The notes under the pieces are model-generated. The model made no database searches, had not been told where the DNA came from, and saw only the letters and a list, made by a program, of their open reading frames with translations. Both the position numbers and the translations under genes were made by a program. From Clostridium sp. CAG:524 (GTDB lineage Bacteria; Bacillota_I; Bacilli_A; RF39; UBA660), in the NCBI GenBank assembly GCA_000434555.1, contig FR880110.1, positions 95,284 to 159,283 on the forward strand: 64,000 nucleotides of DNA, read 5' to 3'. Positions 18,202 to 26,824 of the stretch are shown here, one piece after another (positions within the stretch are counted from its first letter, which is position 1; every line of letters begins with the position of its first letter).

Positions 18202-19032
18202 ATGAAAGGTAAAATTATATGTATTAACAAATTTATACATAGAGTATTATTAGAAAATAATACGATAATTGATACACGAACTAGAGGAAAATTAAGAAAT
18301 ATGAAAGTAGTTCCAGTAGTTGGTGATAATGTTATAGTTGATGTTAATACAAAGACAATAGAAAAAGTAGAACTAAGAAAAAACTACCTGGAAAGACCAC
18401 TCATTGCTAATATAGATAAACTCTTAATAGTAATGAGTACATCAATTCCAGCTTTTTCTTCTTATTTAATTGATAAATTTTTACTTATTGCTTATAAAAA
18501 TGAAATAGAGCCTATTATAGTTATTACAAAAACTGATATGATAACTATGAAAGAAAAAAGTGAAATAAAAAAATATATCAATTATTATAGAAAATTGAAA
18601 ATTAAAATATATGTTAATACTAGTGTTTCTAAAATAAAAAAAGAGTTTGCTAATTCTGTAGTAGCACTTTGTGGTCAAACAGGAGCAGGAAAAAGTACAC
18701 TATTAAATAAAATTGACGCATCTTTATCACTTAAAACAGGTGAAGTATCAACTTCTCTTGGTAGGGGTAAACATACAACTAGACTAGTTGAACTTTTAGA
18801 AGTAAATGATGGATTAATTGCTGATACTCCTGGATTTAGTTCACTCGAATTAACAATCCCTAAAAAAGAAATAAAAAAATATTATTATGATTTTAATAAA
18901 CCATGTAAATATAGAAGTTGTCTTCATATAAAAGAAGACGGATGTTCTATAATTGAAGAAGTTAATAAAGGCAAAATACCAGAGTGGCGTTATCAAAATT
19001 ATTTAAAATTTATGGAGGAAACAAAGGAATGA
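18202..19032 (+). CDS. rsgA: Ribosome small-subunit-dependent GTPase A
   Basis: VITKTD (NKxD-like), GQTGAGKSTLLN, DTPGF, and the C-terminal zinc motif CxH...GC (CLHIKEDGC). Confidence 0.9.
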   Translation: MKGKIICINKFIHRVLLENNTIIDTRTRGKLRNMKVVPVVGDNVIVDVNTKTIEKVELRKNYLERPLIANIDKLLIVMSTSIPAFSSYLIDKFLLIAYKNEIEPIIVITKTDMITMKEKSEIKKYINYYRKLKIKIYVNTSVSKIKKEFANSVVALCGQTGAGKSTLLNKIDASLSLKTGEVSTSLGRGKHTTRLVELLEVNDGLIADTPGFSSLELTIPKKEIKKYYYDFNKPCKYRSCLHIKEDGCSIIEEVNKGKIPEWRYQNYLKFMEETKE

Positions 19033-19664
19033 AAATAAATGTATCAATATTATCTAGTACAATAAAGCCTCAAGATATAGTAAAAGAATTAGATAATACA
19101 AATGCTGATGCTATACATATTGATATAATGGATGGCAAATTCGTAGAAAATAAAACTTGGACAATAGGTGAGATAACTAAAATAACAAAATATTCAAGTT
19201 TTCCTCTTGATGTACATTTGATGGTTAATAACCCTTCTAAATATATAGAAGACTATGCAATGCTTAATACGAATAACATAACATTTCATTATGAAGCAGT
19301 AGAAAATATAGATAAAATGATTAATGAAATAAAAGATTATGGATTAAAAGTAGGTATTGCTGTAAATCCTGATACTGATATTAAAAATATATTTCCTTAT
19401 TTAGATAGAATAGATTTAGTACTTGTAATGAGTGTATATCCTGGTAAGAGTGGTCAAACATTTATAGAAACAACACCAAGTAAAATAAAAGAATTAAAAG
19501 AATATATTACTGAAAATGATTTAAAAACACAAATATCTGTAGATGGCGGAATAAATAATGAAACAGGTAAGTTGTGTAAAGATGCTGGTGCTGATATATT
19601 AGTATCTGCTTCGTATATACATAATGACATAAAACATAATATAGATATACTTAAAAATATATGA
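19029..19664 (+). CDS. rpe: Ribulose-phosphate 3-epimerase
   Basis: The start is placed at the ATGA overlap with the rsgA stop, behind GGAGG. Motifs HIDIMDGKFV, DVHLMV, VDGGIN. Confidence 0.85.
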   Translation: MKINVSILSSTIKPQDIVKELDNTNADAIHIDIMDGKFVENKTWTIGEITKITKYSSFPLDVHLMVNNPSKYIEDYAMLNTNNITFHYEAVENIDKMINEIKDYGLKVGIAVNPDTDIKNIFPYLDRIDLVLVMSVYPGKSGQTFIETTPSKIKELKEYITENDLKTQISVDGGINNETGKLCKDAGADILVSASYIHNDIKHNIDILKNI

Positions 19665-19774
19665 TTTATTATTAAAGATTAGTTTTACTAATCTTTTTTA
19701 TTTTTTTGAAAAAAGTTTTAAAAAAAAGAAGTGTTTTATAAAGTTTTCGCTAATAATAATAGTAGGGGGATAAG

Positions 19775-21820
19775 ATGAAACAATATATTGTAAGACAAAA
19801 TGGCTATAAAGATTGTGGTCCTTCATGTTTATTATCTGTAATGAAATATTATGGATTAGAAGCTTCGCATGAAGAAGTAACTATGAATCTAAAAACTACT
19901 AGAGAGGGTACAAATGCTTTTAATATCATTAATGGTTCTAGGTTATATGGATTTGATGGCTTTGCATCTCATTATAATTATGATGACATTATAAATAGTA
20001 AAGTGACATTACCAATAATATGTCATTGTAAGAAAGATAATTTTTTACATTTTATAGTGATATATAAAATTAATAAGAAGTCAATAATTGTGATGGATCC
20101 ATCAAGCAGTATAACTAAAATCACTAAAGAACAATTTAGAGATATGTACTTGAATACTTCAATTGTTATTTATCCTGTTAAACAGGTATGTAATAGTTTC
20201 TCTAAAAATGAAAATATAATTAAGACTTATATTTGGTTGAACAGAAAAGAACTCTTTAAAATATTAATTATAAATATATTTATTATTTTGTTTGGAATAT
20301 TACTTAATTATTATTCATATATAGTTATAGATTATATATTACCTAACTATGATTATAAAAAGCTAATCGTCTTTACAATTATCTTTATAATATCTTTAAT
20401 AATTAAAACAATAATCTTATTTATTAATAATAAAATAGTTATTAATTTGAATAATAAATTATCAAAAGAATTAAATAATGATTTTATAAGAAAATTATTT
20501 TATCTCCCTTATCAATTCTTTAAGAATAAATCTTCCAGTGAAATTATATCAAGAATGAATGATTTTAAACTATTTTTAGATGTCCTATTAAATATTATTA
20601 CCACAACTCTATCAAATATACTTTTAGTTTTAATAAGTTTAACATTACTTTTAATAATCAATTATAAATTGTTCTTTATATACTTAATTGAACTTATATT
20701 ATATGCTTTTATTATTTTATTAAATAAAACTAAATTAAGAAATTTAAATGAAGAAGTTATGATTTATGAAGAAAAATATAATAAATCATTAAATGATAAT
20801 ATATGTAGCTATGAAATAAATAAAAATTTAAATTTAACAAACGACATTGTTAATCTCACTGAAATGAATTTTAACATTTATCATTTAAAAAAAACTAATT
20901 CCCTAAACAATCAAAATAAAGAAAACATTTTAAAAGATTTTGTTTCAGATTTTTCATATATATCATTTGTGTTTTTAGGTTGTATATTCATAAATAAAAA
21001 TATTTTTACTTTAGGTAGTTTTGTATTATTTCAAGCTATAGTAATATATTTTATAAATCCTATAAAAACTATACTTGATTTAAGTGAATCAATTGATTAT
21101 CTTAAAAACATTTATAAGAGAATAAATGATTTATTATTGATAAAAGATTCAAAAGATAGAGAAACAAATGAAATAATAGATGGCAATATAAGCATAAGAA
21201 ATCTATCATACTCGCCAAACAATATAGATTTTATATTTAAAAATGTATCTTTTGATATAGTTAATAGAAGTAAATTTTTACTTTATGGAAGTAGTGGTAA
21301 TGGTAAAAGTACTATTATGAAAATATTATTAAAATATTTAAAAGAATATAAAGGTGAAATTTATATAGGTGATTTAAACATTAAAGATATCAATAGTAAT
21401 GTCATATCAAATAGTTTTACTTATGTATCACAAAATAACTATATAATTAATGATACATTAAAGAATAATATTATTTATCATAGAAATATTAGTAATGAAG
21501 AATATGAAAAAATGATTAATATTTGTAATTTAAATATACTTAGGAGTAGAAGTATTTTAAGAGATAATTATGTTATAGAGGATAATGGATTTAATATATC
21601 TGGAGGAGAAAAACAAAAAATATTATTAGCTAGAAGTTTACTTAAAAATAGTAATTATATCATTCTTGATGAAGCATTAAGTGAAGTATCTTTTGATGAA
21701 GAAAAAGAAATACTTGATAAGATATTTGAATCTTATAGTGATAAAACAATAATATATGTTTCACATAAAAAAGAAATAATAGATTTATTCAAAAAGAAAT
21801 ATAAATTAGAAAGGAGTTAG
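19775..21820 (+). CDS. Bacteriocin-processing ABC exporter with N-terminal C39 cysteine peptidase domain
   Basis: C39 motifs QNGYKDCGPSCLLSVMKYYG (Cys) and HFIVIYK...VMDPS (His/Asp). Six-TM region. NBD with GSSGNGKST, ISGGEKQK, IILDEALS. Confidence 0.85.
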   Translation: MKQYIVRQNGYKDCGPSCLLSVMKYYGLEASHEEVTMNLKTTREGTNAFNIINGSRLYGFDGFASHYNYDDIINSKVTLPIICHCKKDNFLHFIVIYKINKKSIIVMDPSSSITKITKEQFRDMYLNTSIVIYPVKQVCNSFSKNENIIKTYIWLNRKELFKILIINIFIILFGILLNYYSYIVIDYILPNYDYKKLIVFTIIFIISLIIKTIILFINNKIVINLNNKLSKELNNDFIRKLFYLPYQFFKNKSSSEIISRMNDFKLFLDVLLNIITTTLSNILLVLISLTLLLIINYKLFFIYLIELILYAFIILLNKTKLRNLNEEVMIYEEKYNKSLNDNICSYEINKNLNLTNDIVNLTEMNFNIYHLKKTNSLNNQNKENILKDFVSDFSYISFVFLGCIFINKNIFTLGSFVLFQAIVIYFINPIKTILDLSESIDYLKNIYKRINDLLLIKDSKDRETNEIIDGNISIRNLSYSPNNIDFIFKNVSFDIVNRSKFLLYGSSGNGKSTIMKILLKYLKEYKGEIYIGDLNIKDINSNVISNSFTYVSQNNYIINDTLKNNIIYHRNISNEEYEKMINICNLNILRSRSILRDNYVIEDNGFNISGGEKQKILLARSLLKNSNYIILDEALSEVSFDEEKEILDKIFESYSDKTIIYVSHKKEIIDLFKKKYKLERS

Positions 21821-21821
21821 C

Positions 21822-21959
21822 ATGATTATTGAATCAGAATTAAAAGAGATAAAGGGGGGAGTAAATTGGGTAATTGTTGGCGTTGGTGGTTCAATCATTT
21901 CATTCATTATTGGCCTCGTGGATGGGTATTTAAGGCCGTTAAAATGTAGAAAAAAATAA
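21822..21959 (+). CDS. Double-glycine-leader peptide A (45 aa), putative bacteriocin subunit
   Basis: Not in the ORF track because it is under 60 aa. AAGGAG RBS and ATG 1 nt after the exporter stop. Sequence is MIIESELKEIKGG / VNWVIVGVGGSIISFIIGLVDGYLRPLKCRKK. Confidence 0.75.
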   Translation: MIIESELKEIKGGVNWVIVGVGGSIISFIIGLVDGYLRPLKCRKK

Positions 21960-21973
21960 TAGTAGGAGGAAAA

Positions 21974-22135
21974 ATGTTAAAAGAAGAAGAACTAATTAAA
22001 ATACAAGGTGGAGCAGTATCAGTTGGTACAATTATAAATGCAGTTGTTAAAGCAATTAGCTTATTAAATGAGTTAGGACAACAACTTGGTTCTGCTATAA
22101 GAAGAAAAAGAGATGGAAGAAAGTGTGCTTATTAA
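21974..22135 (+). CDS. Double-glycine-leader peptide B (53 aa), putative bacteriocin subunit
   Basis: Not in the ORF track. AGGAGG RBS. Sequence is MLKEEELIKIQGG / AVSVGTIINAVVKAISLLNELGQQLGSAIRRKRDGRKCAY. Confidence 0.75.
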   Translation: MLKEEELIKIQGGAVSVGTIINAVVKAISLLNELGQQLGSAIRRKRDGRKCAY

Positions 22136-22146
22136 AGTATATGTGT

Positions 22147-22176
22147 AGAAGAAGGGGATAACTTCTCCTTCTTTTC
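22147..22176 (+). terminator. Terminator closing the bacteriocin locus
   Basis: GAAGGGGA (22151-22158) pairs with TCTCCTTC (22164-22171), with a flanking A/T extension and T-run. Confidence 0.6.
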
Positions 22177-22294
22177 AAAATAAAGGTAAATATGTACGGT
22201 AGCGACTATCGGAATTTACGTTTGTGGAGATGAAAGTCGATGAAGCAAAAAGACGATATAATTGTAAAAGTTCTGTGAAAATAGCCTTTCTTTG

Positions 22295-22346
22295 TTGACA
22301 TTATAAATCTGGATAGTATAATCGTTATAGTTAGTTACCTAACTAA
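22295..22346 (+). promoter_or_regulatory. Sigma-A promoter plus palindromic operator upstream of the MarR-ABC operon
   Basis: TTGACA (22295-22300), 16-nt spacer, TATAAT (22317-22322). A perfect inverted repeat TTAGTTA-cc-TAACTAA (22331-22346) lies just downstream. Confidence 0.6.
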
Positions 22347-22358
22347 AGGAGTATCGCT

Positions 22359-22802
22359 ATGGAAGAACAAAGTATAGGATCAGAAATTAAAAAGATTGAT
22401 AATTTGATCATAAGAAAAATTATGTCTTATAGTAAGAACAATAGTTATATGTTGAGTCCAAGTCAAATGATGATTACACGCTTTTTATACAAAAATTCAG
22501 ATAAAGTAGTTTATCAAAAAGACTTAGAAGGGGCTTTACCATTTAGAAAGTCAACAATATCTGGAATAATACAAACTATGATGAAAAATAATATTATAAG
22601 TACAGAATCTTCTAAAGATGATTTAAGAAGTAAAAGAATAATTCTTACTCCTTATGGTAAAAAAATAAATAAAGAAATAGAGAAAAATATTATTGAATTT
22701 GAAAAAGTTCTAAAAAATAATATTAAAGAAGATGATTTACGAGTATTTTTTAAAGTAACAAAACAAATACAAAATAATTTGAAGGGAGAAAATGATGATT
22801 AA
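22359..22802 (+). CDS. MarR-family transcriptional regulator
   Basis: 147 aa with a winged-HTH pattern (QKDLEGALPFRKSTISGIIQTMMKNNII...DDLRSKRIILTPYGKK). First gene of the operon with two ABC exporter genes. Confidence 0.8.
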   Translation: MEEQSIGSEIKKIDNLIIRKIMSYSKNNSYMLSPSQMMITRFLYKNSDKVVYQKDLEGALPFRKSTISGIIQTMMKNNIISTESSKDDLRSKRIILTPYGKKINKEIEKNIIEFEKVLKNNIKEDDLRVFFKVTKQIQNNLKGENDD

Positions 22803-24549
22803 ATTATTCAAAAATCTTAAAAAGGAAGATTATTTATTAATTATATTATCGAGTCTATTTATTATATTCCAAGTATGGCTTGAACTTAAAATACCTGATT
22901 ACATGAGTGAAATAACAAAACTTGTTCAAACAAGTGGCGCAACTAAAGATATTTTAAAAGAAGGCTTATACATGATATTATGTGCTTTTGCAAGTTTAGC
23001 TTCTTCATGTGTAGTAGGTTATATTATTGCTAATGTTGGAAGTAAGTTTTCTAAAAATATAAGAGAAAAATTATTTATTAAAGTACAAGAATTCGGCATG
23101 GCAGAAATAAAAAAATTCCAAACAAGTAGTCTTATAACTAGAACAACTAATGATGTTACAAATGTTGAAGCTATGTTAACATTGGGCTTACAAATGATGA
23201 TAAAAGCACCTATAACAGCTGTATGGGCTATTGGAAAAATAATTAATAAAAGTTTTGAATGGACAGCTATTACAGGTGGAGCAGTATTAGTTCTATTAAT
23301 AATGGTTATCGTACTTATGTTAATAGTTTTACCAAGATTCAAAATAGTTCAAAAACTAATTGATAATGTCAATGGACTTACTCGTGAAAATTTAAAAGGT
23401 ATAAGAGTTATTAGAGCATTTAATGCAGATGAGATGGAAGAAAGTAAGTTTGAAAAAGTAAATAAAAAGCTTACGAACACTCAATTATTTAATCAAAAAG
23501 TAATGAGTATTATGTCTCCTATGATGTATTTAATTATGAATGGTGTTTCACTTGCTATATATTTCATGGGCAGTATACTTATAAGCAAAGCATTACTCGC
23601 AGATAAAATTACATTATTTAGTAATATGGTAGTTTTTAGTTCGTATGCTATGCAAGTAATTATGTCATTCTTGATGTTAGCGATGATATTTATAATGTAT
23701 CCTAGAGCTTCTATTTCTGCTGATAGAATTAATGAAGTACTTAGTACAAAAACAAAAATCAAAAATGGCAAAGTTAAAAAATCAGAAGAAACAGGCACAC
23801 TAGAATTTAAAAATGTTAGTTTTAAATATCCAGATTCAGATGAATCAGTTTTAGAAAATATATCATTTAAAGCAAATAAAGGTGAAACTATTGCTATTAT
23901 AGGTTCAACTGGAAGTGGAAAAAGTACACTTGTTAACTTAATTCCAAGATTTTATGATGTTACAAGTGGTTCAATCTTAATTGATGGAATAGATGTAAAA
24001 GATTATGATTTAAATTCATTATATGATAGACTTGGCTATGTTCCACAAAAAGCAGTTATGTTTAATGGAACTATCAAATATAATGTTAGTTATGGTAAAA
24101 AATCTAATTATGAATTTACCGAAGACAAAATCAAAGAAGCAATAGATGTTGCACAAGCAAAAGAGTTTGTAGAAAAAATGCAAAAAAAATATGACTCAAA
24201 TATTTCACAAGGAGGTACAAATGTATCTGGTGGTCAAAAGCAAAGATTATCAATCGCAAGAGCAATCGCAAGAGATCCGGAAATATATATATTTGATGAT
24301 ACATTTAGTGCTCTTGATTATAAAACAGATTATGTGCTTAGAAAAAAATTAAAAGAGTATACAAAAGATGCTACAAGTATAATTGTTGCTCAAAGAATAG
24401 GGACAATTAAAAATGCTGATAAGATAATTGTTTTAGATAAAGGTAAAACAGTTGGAATTGGAACACATAAAGAATTATTAAATAAATGCAAAGTATATAA
24501 AGAAATAGCATATTCACAACTATCAAAGGAGGAACTAGAAAATGAATAA
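22792..24549 (+). CDS. ABC exporter permease/ATPase fusion (heterodimer subunit 1)
   Basis: Type I exporter TMD plus NBD with GSTGSGKST, VSGGQKQRLSIARA, IFDDTFSALD. Confidence 0.85.
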   Translation: MMIKLFKNLKKEDYLLIILSSLFIIFQVWLELKIPDYMSEITKLVQTSGATKDILKEGLYMILCAFASLASSCVVGYIIANVGSKFSKNIREKLFIKVQEFGMAEIKKFQTSSLITRTTNDVTNVEAMLTLGLQMMIKAPITAVWAIGKIINKSFEWTAITGGAVLVLLIMVIVLMLIVLPRFKIVQKLIDNVNGLTRENLKGIRVIRAFNADEMEESKFEKVNKKLTNTQLFNQKVMSIMSPMMYLIMNGVSLAIYFMGSILISKALLADKITLFSNMVVFSSYAMQVIMSFLMLAMIFIMYPRASISADRINEVLSTKTKIKNGKVKKSEETGTLEFKNVSFKYPDSDESVLENISFKANKGETIAIIGSTGSGKSTLVNLIPRFYDVTSGSILIDGIDVKDYDLNSLYDRLGYVPQKAVMFNGTIKYNVSYGKKSNYEFTEDKIKEAIDVAQAKEFVEKMQKKYDSNISQGGTNVSGGQKQRLSIARAIARDPEIYIFDDTFSALDYKTDYVLRKKLKEYTKDATSIIVAQRIGTIKNADKIIVLDKGKTVGIGTHKELLNKCKVYKEIAYSQLSKEELENE

Positions 24550-26713
24550 TGAAAACGAAGAAACTCCTAGAACAAGAATTCCAAGAGGACATGGACCAGG
24601 TGCATCATTTGAAAAACCAAAGAATTTTAAAGAAGCATTACTAAAGTTAAAAAAATATTTAAGTAAATTAATGCCGCTTATTATAGTAGCTGTACTACTA
24701 TCAATGATAAGCAGTGTCTTATCAATTATTGGTCCAAATAAAATAAAAGATTTAACAAATGAAATTCAAGGTGGAATAGTAATTAATAAAGATAATTTAG
24801 AATTACTTACAAAGGATATATCAAGAGATATACAAGAGAATCTAATATTATCACAAGATTCATTAAAAGAGATAAGCATAGATGATCAAACAAAATATTA
24901 TGAAATATTAAATACAATAACAAAAGAAAATACAATGGAAAAGGTAATAGAAATACCAGATTCAATAAAGTTATTGATATTTAAGAATACTACTATTGAA
25001 GGTATAAATATTACATCAAAAGATAAAGTAGAGTTGTTAAATATTATGAAAAATGTGGATATAAACGATCCTACAAAAATCTATAGTAAATTAGATACAC
25101 TTTCAAGTAATATAAATGAATTAATTAAACCTAATATGAATAGAAATAAGATAAAAAATATAACAATCTTCTTAGTATGTTTATATTTACTTAGTGCATT
25201 ATTTAGTTATATAGAAAATTATCTAATGGTAGTTGCATCAAACAATTTTGCTAAATCTTTAAGAACAAAAATATCACAAAAGATAAATAAATTACCATTA
25301 AGATATTTTGATAGCCATAGTTATGGTGATATTTTATCAAGAGTTACGAATGATGTAGATACTATAAATATGTCTCTTCAAAATAGTTTAGGTACATTTA
25401 TTGGTGCAGTAGCTTTATTTATTGGTTGTGCAATAATGATGTTTACTACAAATGTAATAATGGCTATTGCATGTATCTTATCTTCAATATTTGGTTTTGC
25501 TTTTATGAGCTTTATATTAAAAAAATCTCAAAAATATTTTGTAAGAAGACAAACTGAACTTGGTAAGTTAAATGGTCATATTGAAGAAATATATAGTTCA
25601 CACAATGTTGTTAAAGTATATAATGGAGAAACTGAATCACTAGAAAAATTCAATGAACTTAACAATAAAGTTTATGACTGCAATAGAAAGAGTCAATTTT
25701 TATCTGGTCTTATGCCACCAATGATGGGATTTATAGGCAATTTTAGTTATGTTGCAGTTTGTATAGTTGGATCTTTGCTTGTTTTAAAAGGTAATATTAC
25801 ATTTGGTGTAATAATTGCATTTATAATGTATGCTAGATTATTTACTAGTCCACTTTCACAAATTGCACAAAGTATGACTCAACTTCAAACAGCAGCAGCT
25901 GCATCTGAAAGAGTATTTGAATTTTTAGAAGAAGAGGAAATGACAGATGAAAGTACTTTAACAGGACTTCTTGATCCTAAAAAAGTAAAAGGTAATATTG
26001 ATTTTGAACATGTTAAATTTGGATACACAAAAGATAGAAAAATTATAAAAGACTTTAATTGTCATGTAAAGCCTGGTGAAAAGATAGCTATAGTTGGACC
26101 TACTGGTGCTGGTAAAACAACAATAGTTAACTTACTTATGAAATTCTATGAAGTAAATAGTGGTGAAATAAAGATAGATAATATGCCTATAAGTAATCTT
26201 ACAAGAGAAAATATTCATGATTTATTCATAATGGTTCTTCAGGATACATGGTTATTTGAAGGTACTATAAGGGACAATATTAAATTTAATAAAGATAATG
26301 TTACTGATGAAGAAATATGGAACGCTCTTAAAGTGGTAGGTGTAGATCATTTTGTAAAATCACTTCCTAAAACATTAGATTATAAACTTGGTGATAATGA
26401 ATCAATATCTGCAGGACAAAAACAATTACTTACGATTGCAAGAGGTATGATAAAAGATTCACCATTCTTGATACTCGATGAGGCAACATCTTCTGTAGAT
26501 ACAAGAACAGAAGAATTAGTTCAAGAAGCAATGGATAAATTAACTGAAGGAAGAACTTCGTTTATAATCGCACATAGATTATCAACAATCAAAAATGCTG
26601 ATTTAATTCTAGTAATGAAAGATGGAAATATAATTGAAACTGGAAATCATGATGAATTGATAAAGCAAAATGGATTTTATGCAGAACTTTATAATTCACA
26701 ATTTCAAAACTAA
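24542..26713 (+). CDS. ABC exporter permease/ATPase fusion (heterodimer subunit 2) with enlarged first extracellular loop
   Basis: NBD with GPTGAGKTT, ISAGQKQLLTIARG, LILDEATSSVD. About 130-150 extra residues (GGIVINKDNLE...IKPNMNRNK) lie between TM1 and TM2. Confidence 0.85.
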   Translation: MNNENEETPRTRIPRGHGPGASFEKPKNFKEALLKLKKYLSKLMPLIIVAVLLSMISSVLSIIGPNKIKDLTNEIQGGIVINKDNLELLTKDISRDIQENLILSQDSLKEISIDDQTKYYEILNTITKENTMEKVIEIPDSIKLLIFKNTTIEGINITSKDKVELLNIMKNVDINDPTKIYSKLDTLSSNINELIKPNMNRNKIKNITIFLVCLYLLSALFSYIENYLMVVASNNFAKSLRTKISQKINKLPLRYFDSHSYGDILSRVTNDVDTINMSLQNSLGTFIGAVALFIGCAIMMFTTNVIMAIACILSSIFGFAFMSFILKKSQKYFVRRQTELGKLNGHIEEIYSSHNVVKVYNGETESLEKFNELNNKVYDCNRKSQFLSGLMPPMMGFIGNFSYVAVCIVGSLLVLKGNITFGVIIAFIMYARLFTSPLSQIAQSMTQLQTAAAASERVFEFLEEEEMTDESTLTGLLDPKKVKGNIDFEHVKFGYTKDRKIIKDFNCHVKPGEKIAIVGPTGAGKTTIVNLLMKFYEVNSGEIKIDNMPISNLTRENIHDLFIMVLQDTWLFEGTIRDNIKFNKDNVTDEEIWNALKVVGVDHFVKSLPKTLDYKLGDNESISAGQKQLLTIARGMIKDSPFLILDEATSSVDTRTEELVQEAMDKLTEGRTSFIIAHRLSTIKNADLILVMKDGNIIETGNHDELIKQNGFYAELYNSQFQN

Positions 26714-26721
26714 TAAATATT

Positions 26722-26755
26722 AAGCATTCAAGTTTAACAGCTTGAGTGCTTTTTA
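26722..26755 (+). terminator. Rho-independent terminator
   Basis: AAGCATTCAAG (26722-26732) pairs with CTTGAGTGCTT (26741-26751), followed by TTT. Confidence 0.65.
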
Positions 26756-26824
26756 AATAAAAATCTATTGTTAAAAAAATCATTATATGTTACAATATTT
26801 AATAGGATAGAGGGGAAGTAAAAT

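Noticed and set aside
22190-22294. A slightly GC-richer spacer follows the bacteriocin terminator and contains a 13-codon ORF (MYGSDYRNLRLWR). I considered it as an immunity or regulatory peptide.
   Set aside because: It has no RBS, is very short, and is neither hydrophobic nor immunity-like. It is more likely non-coding spacer.
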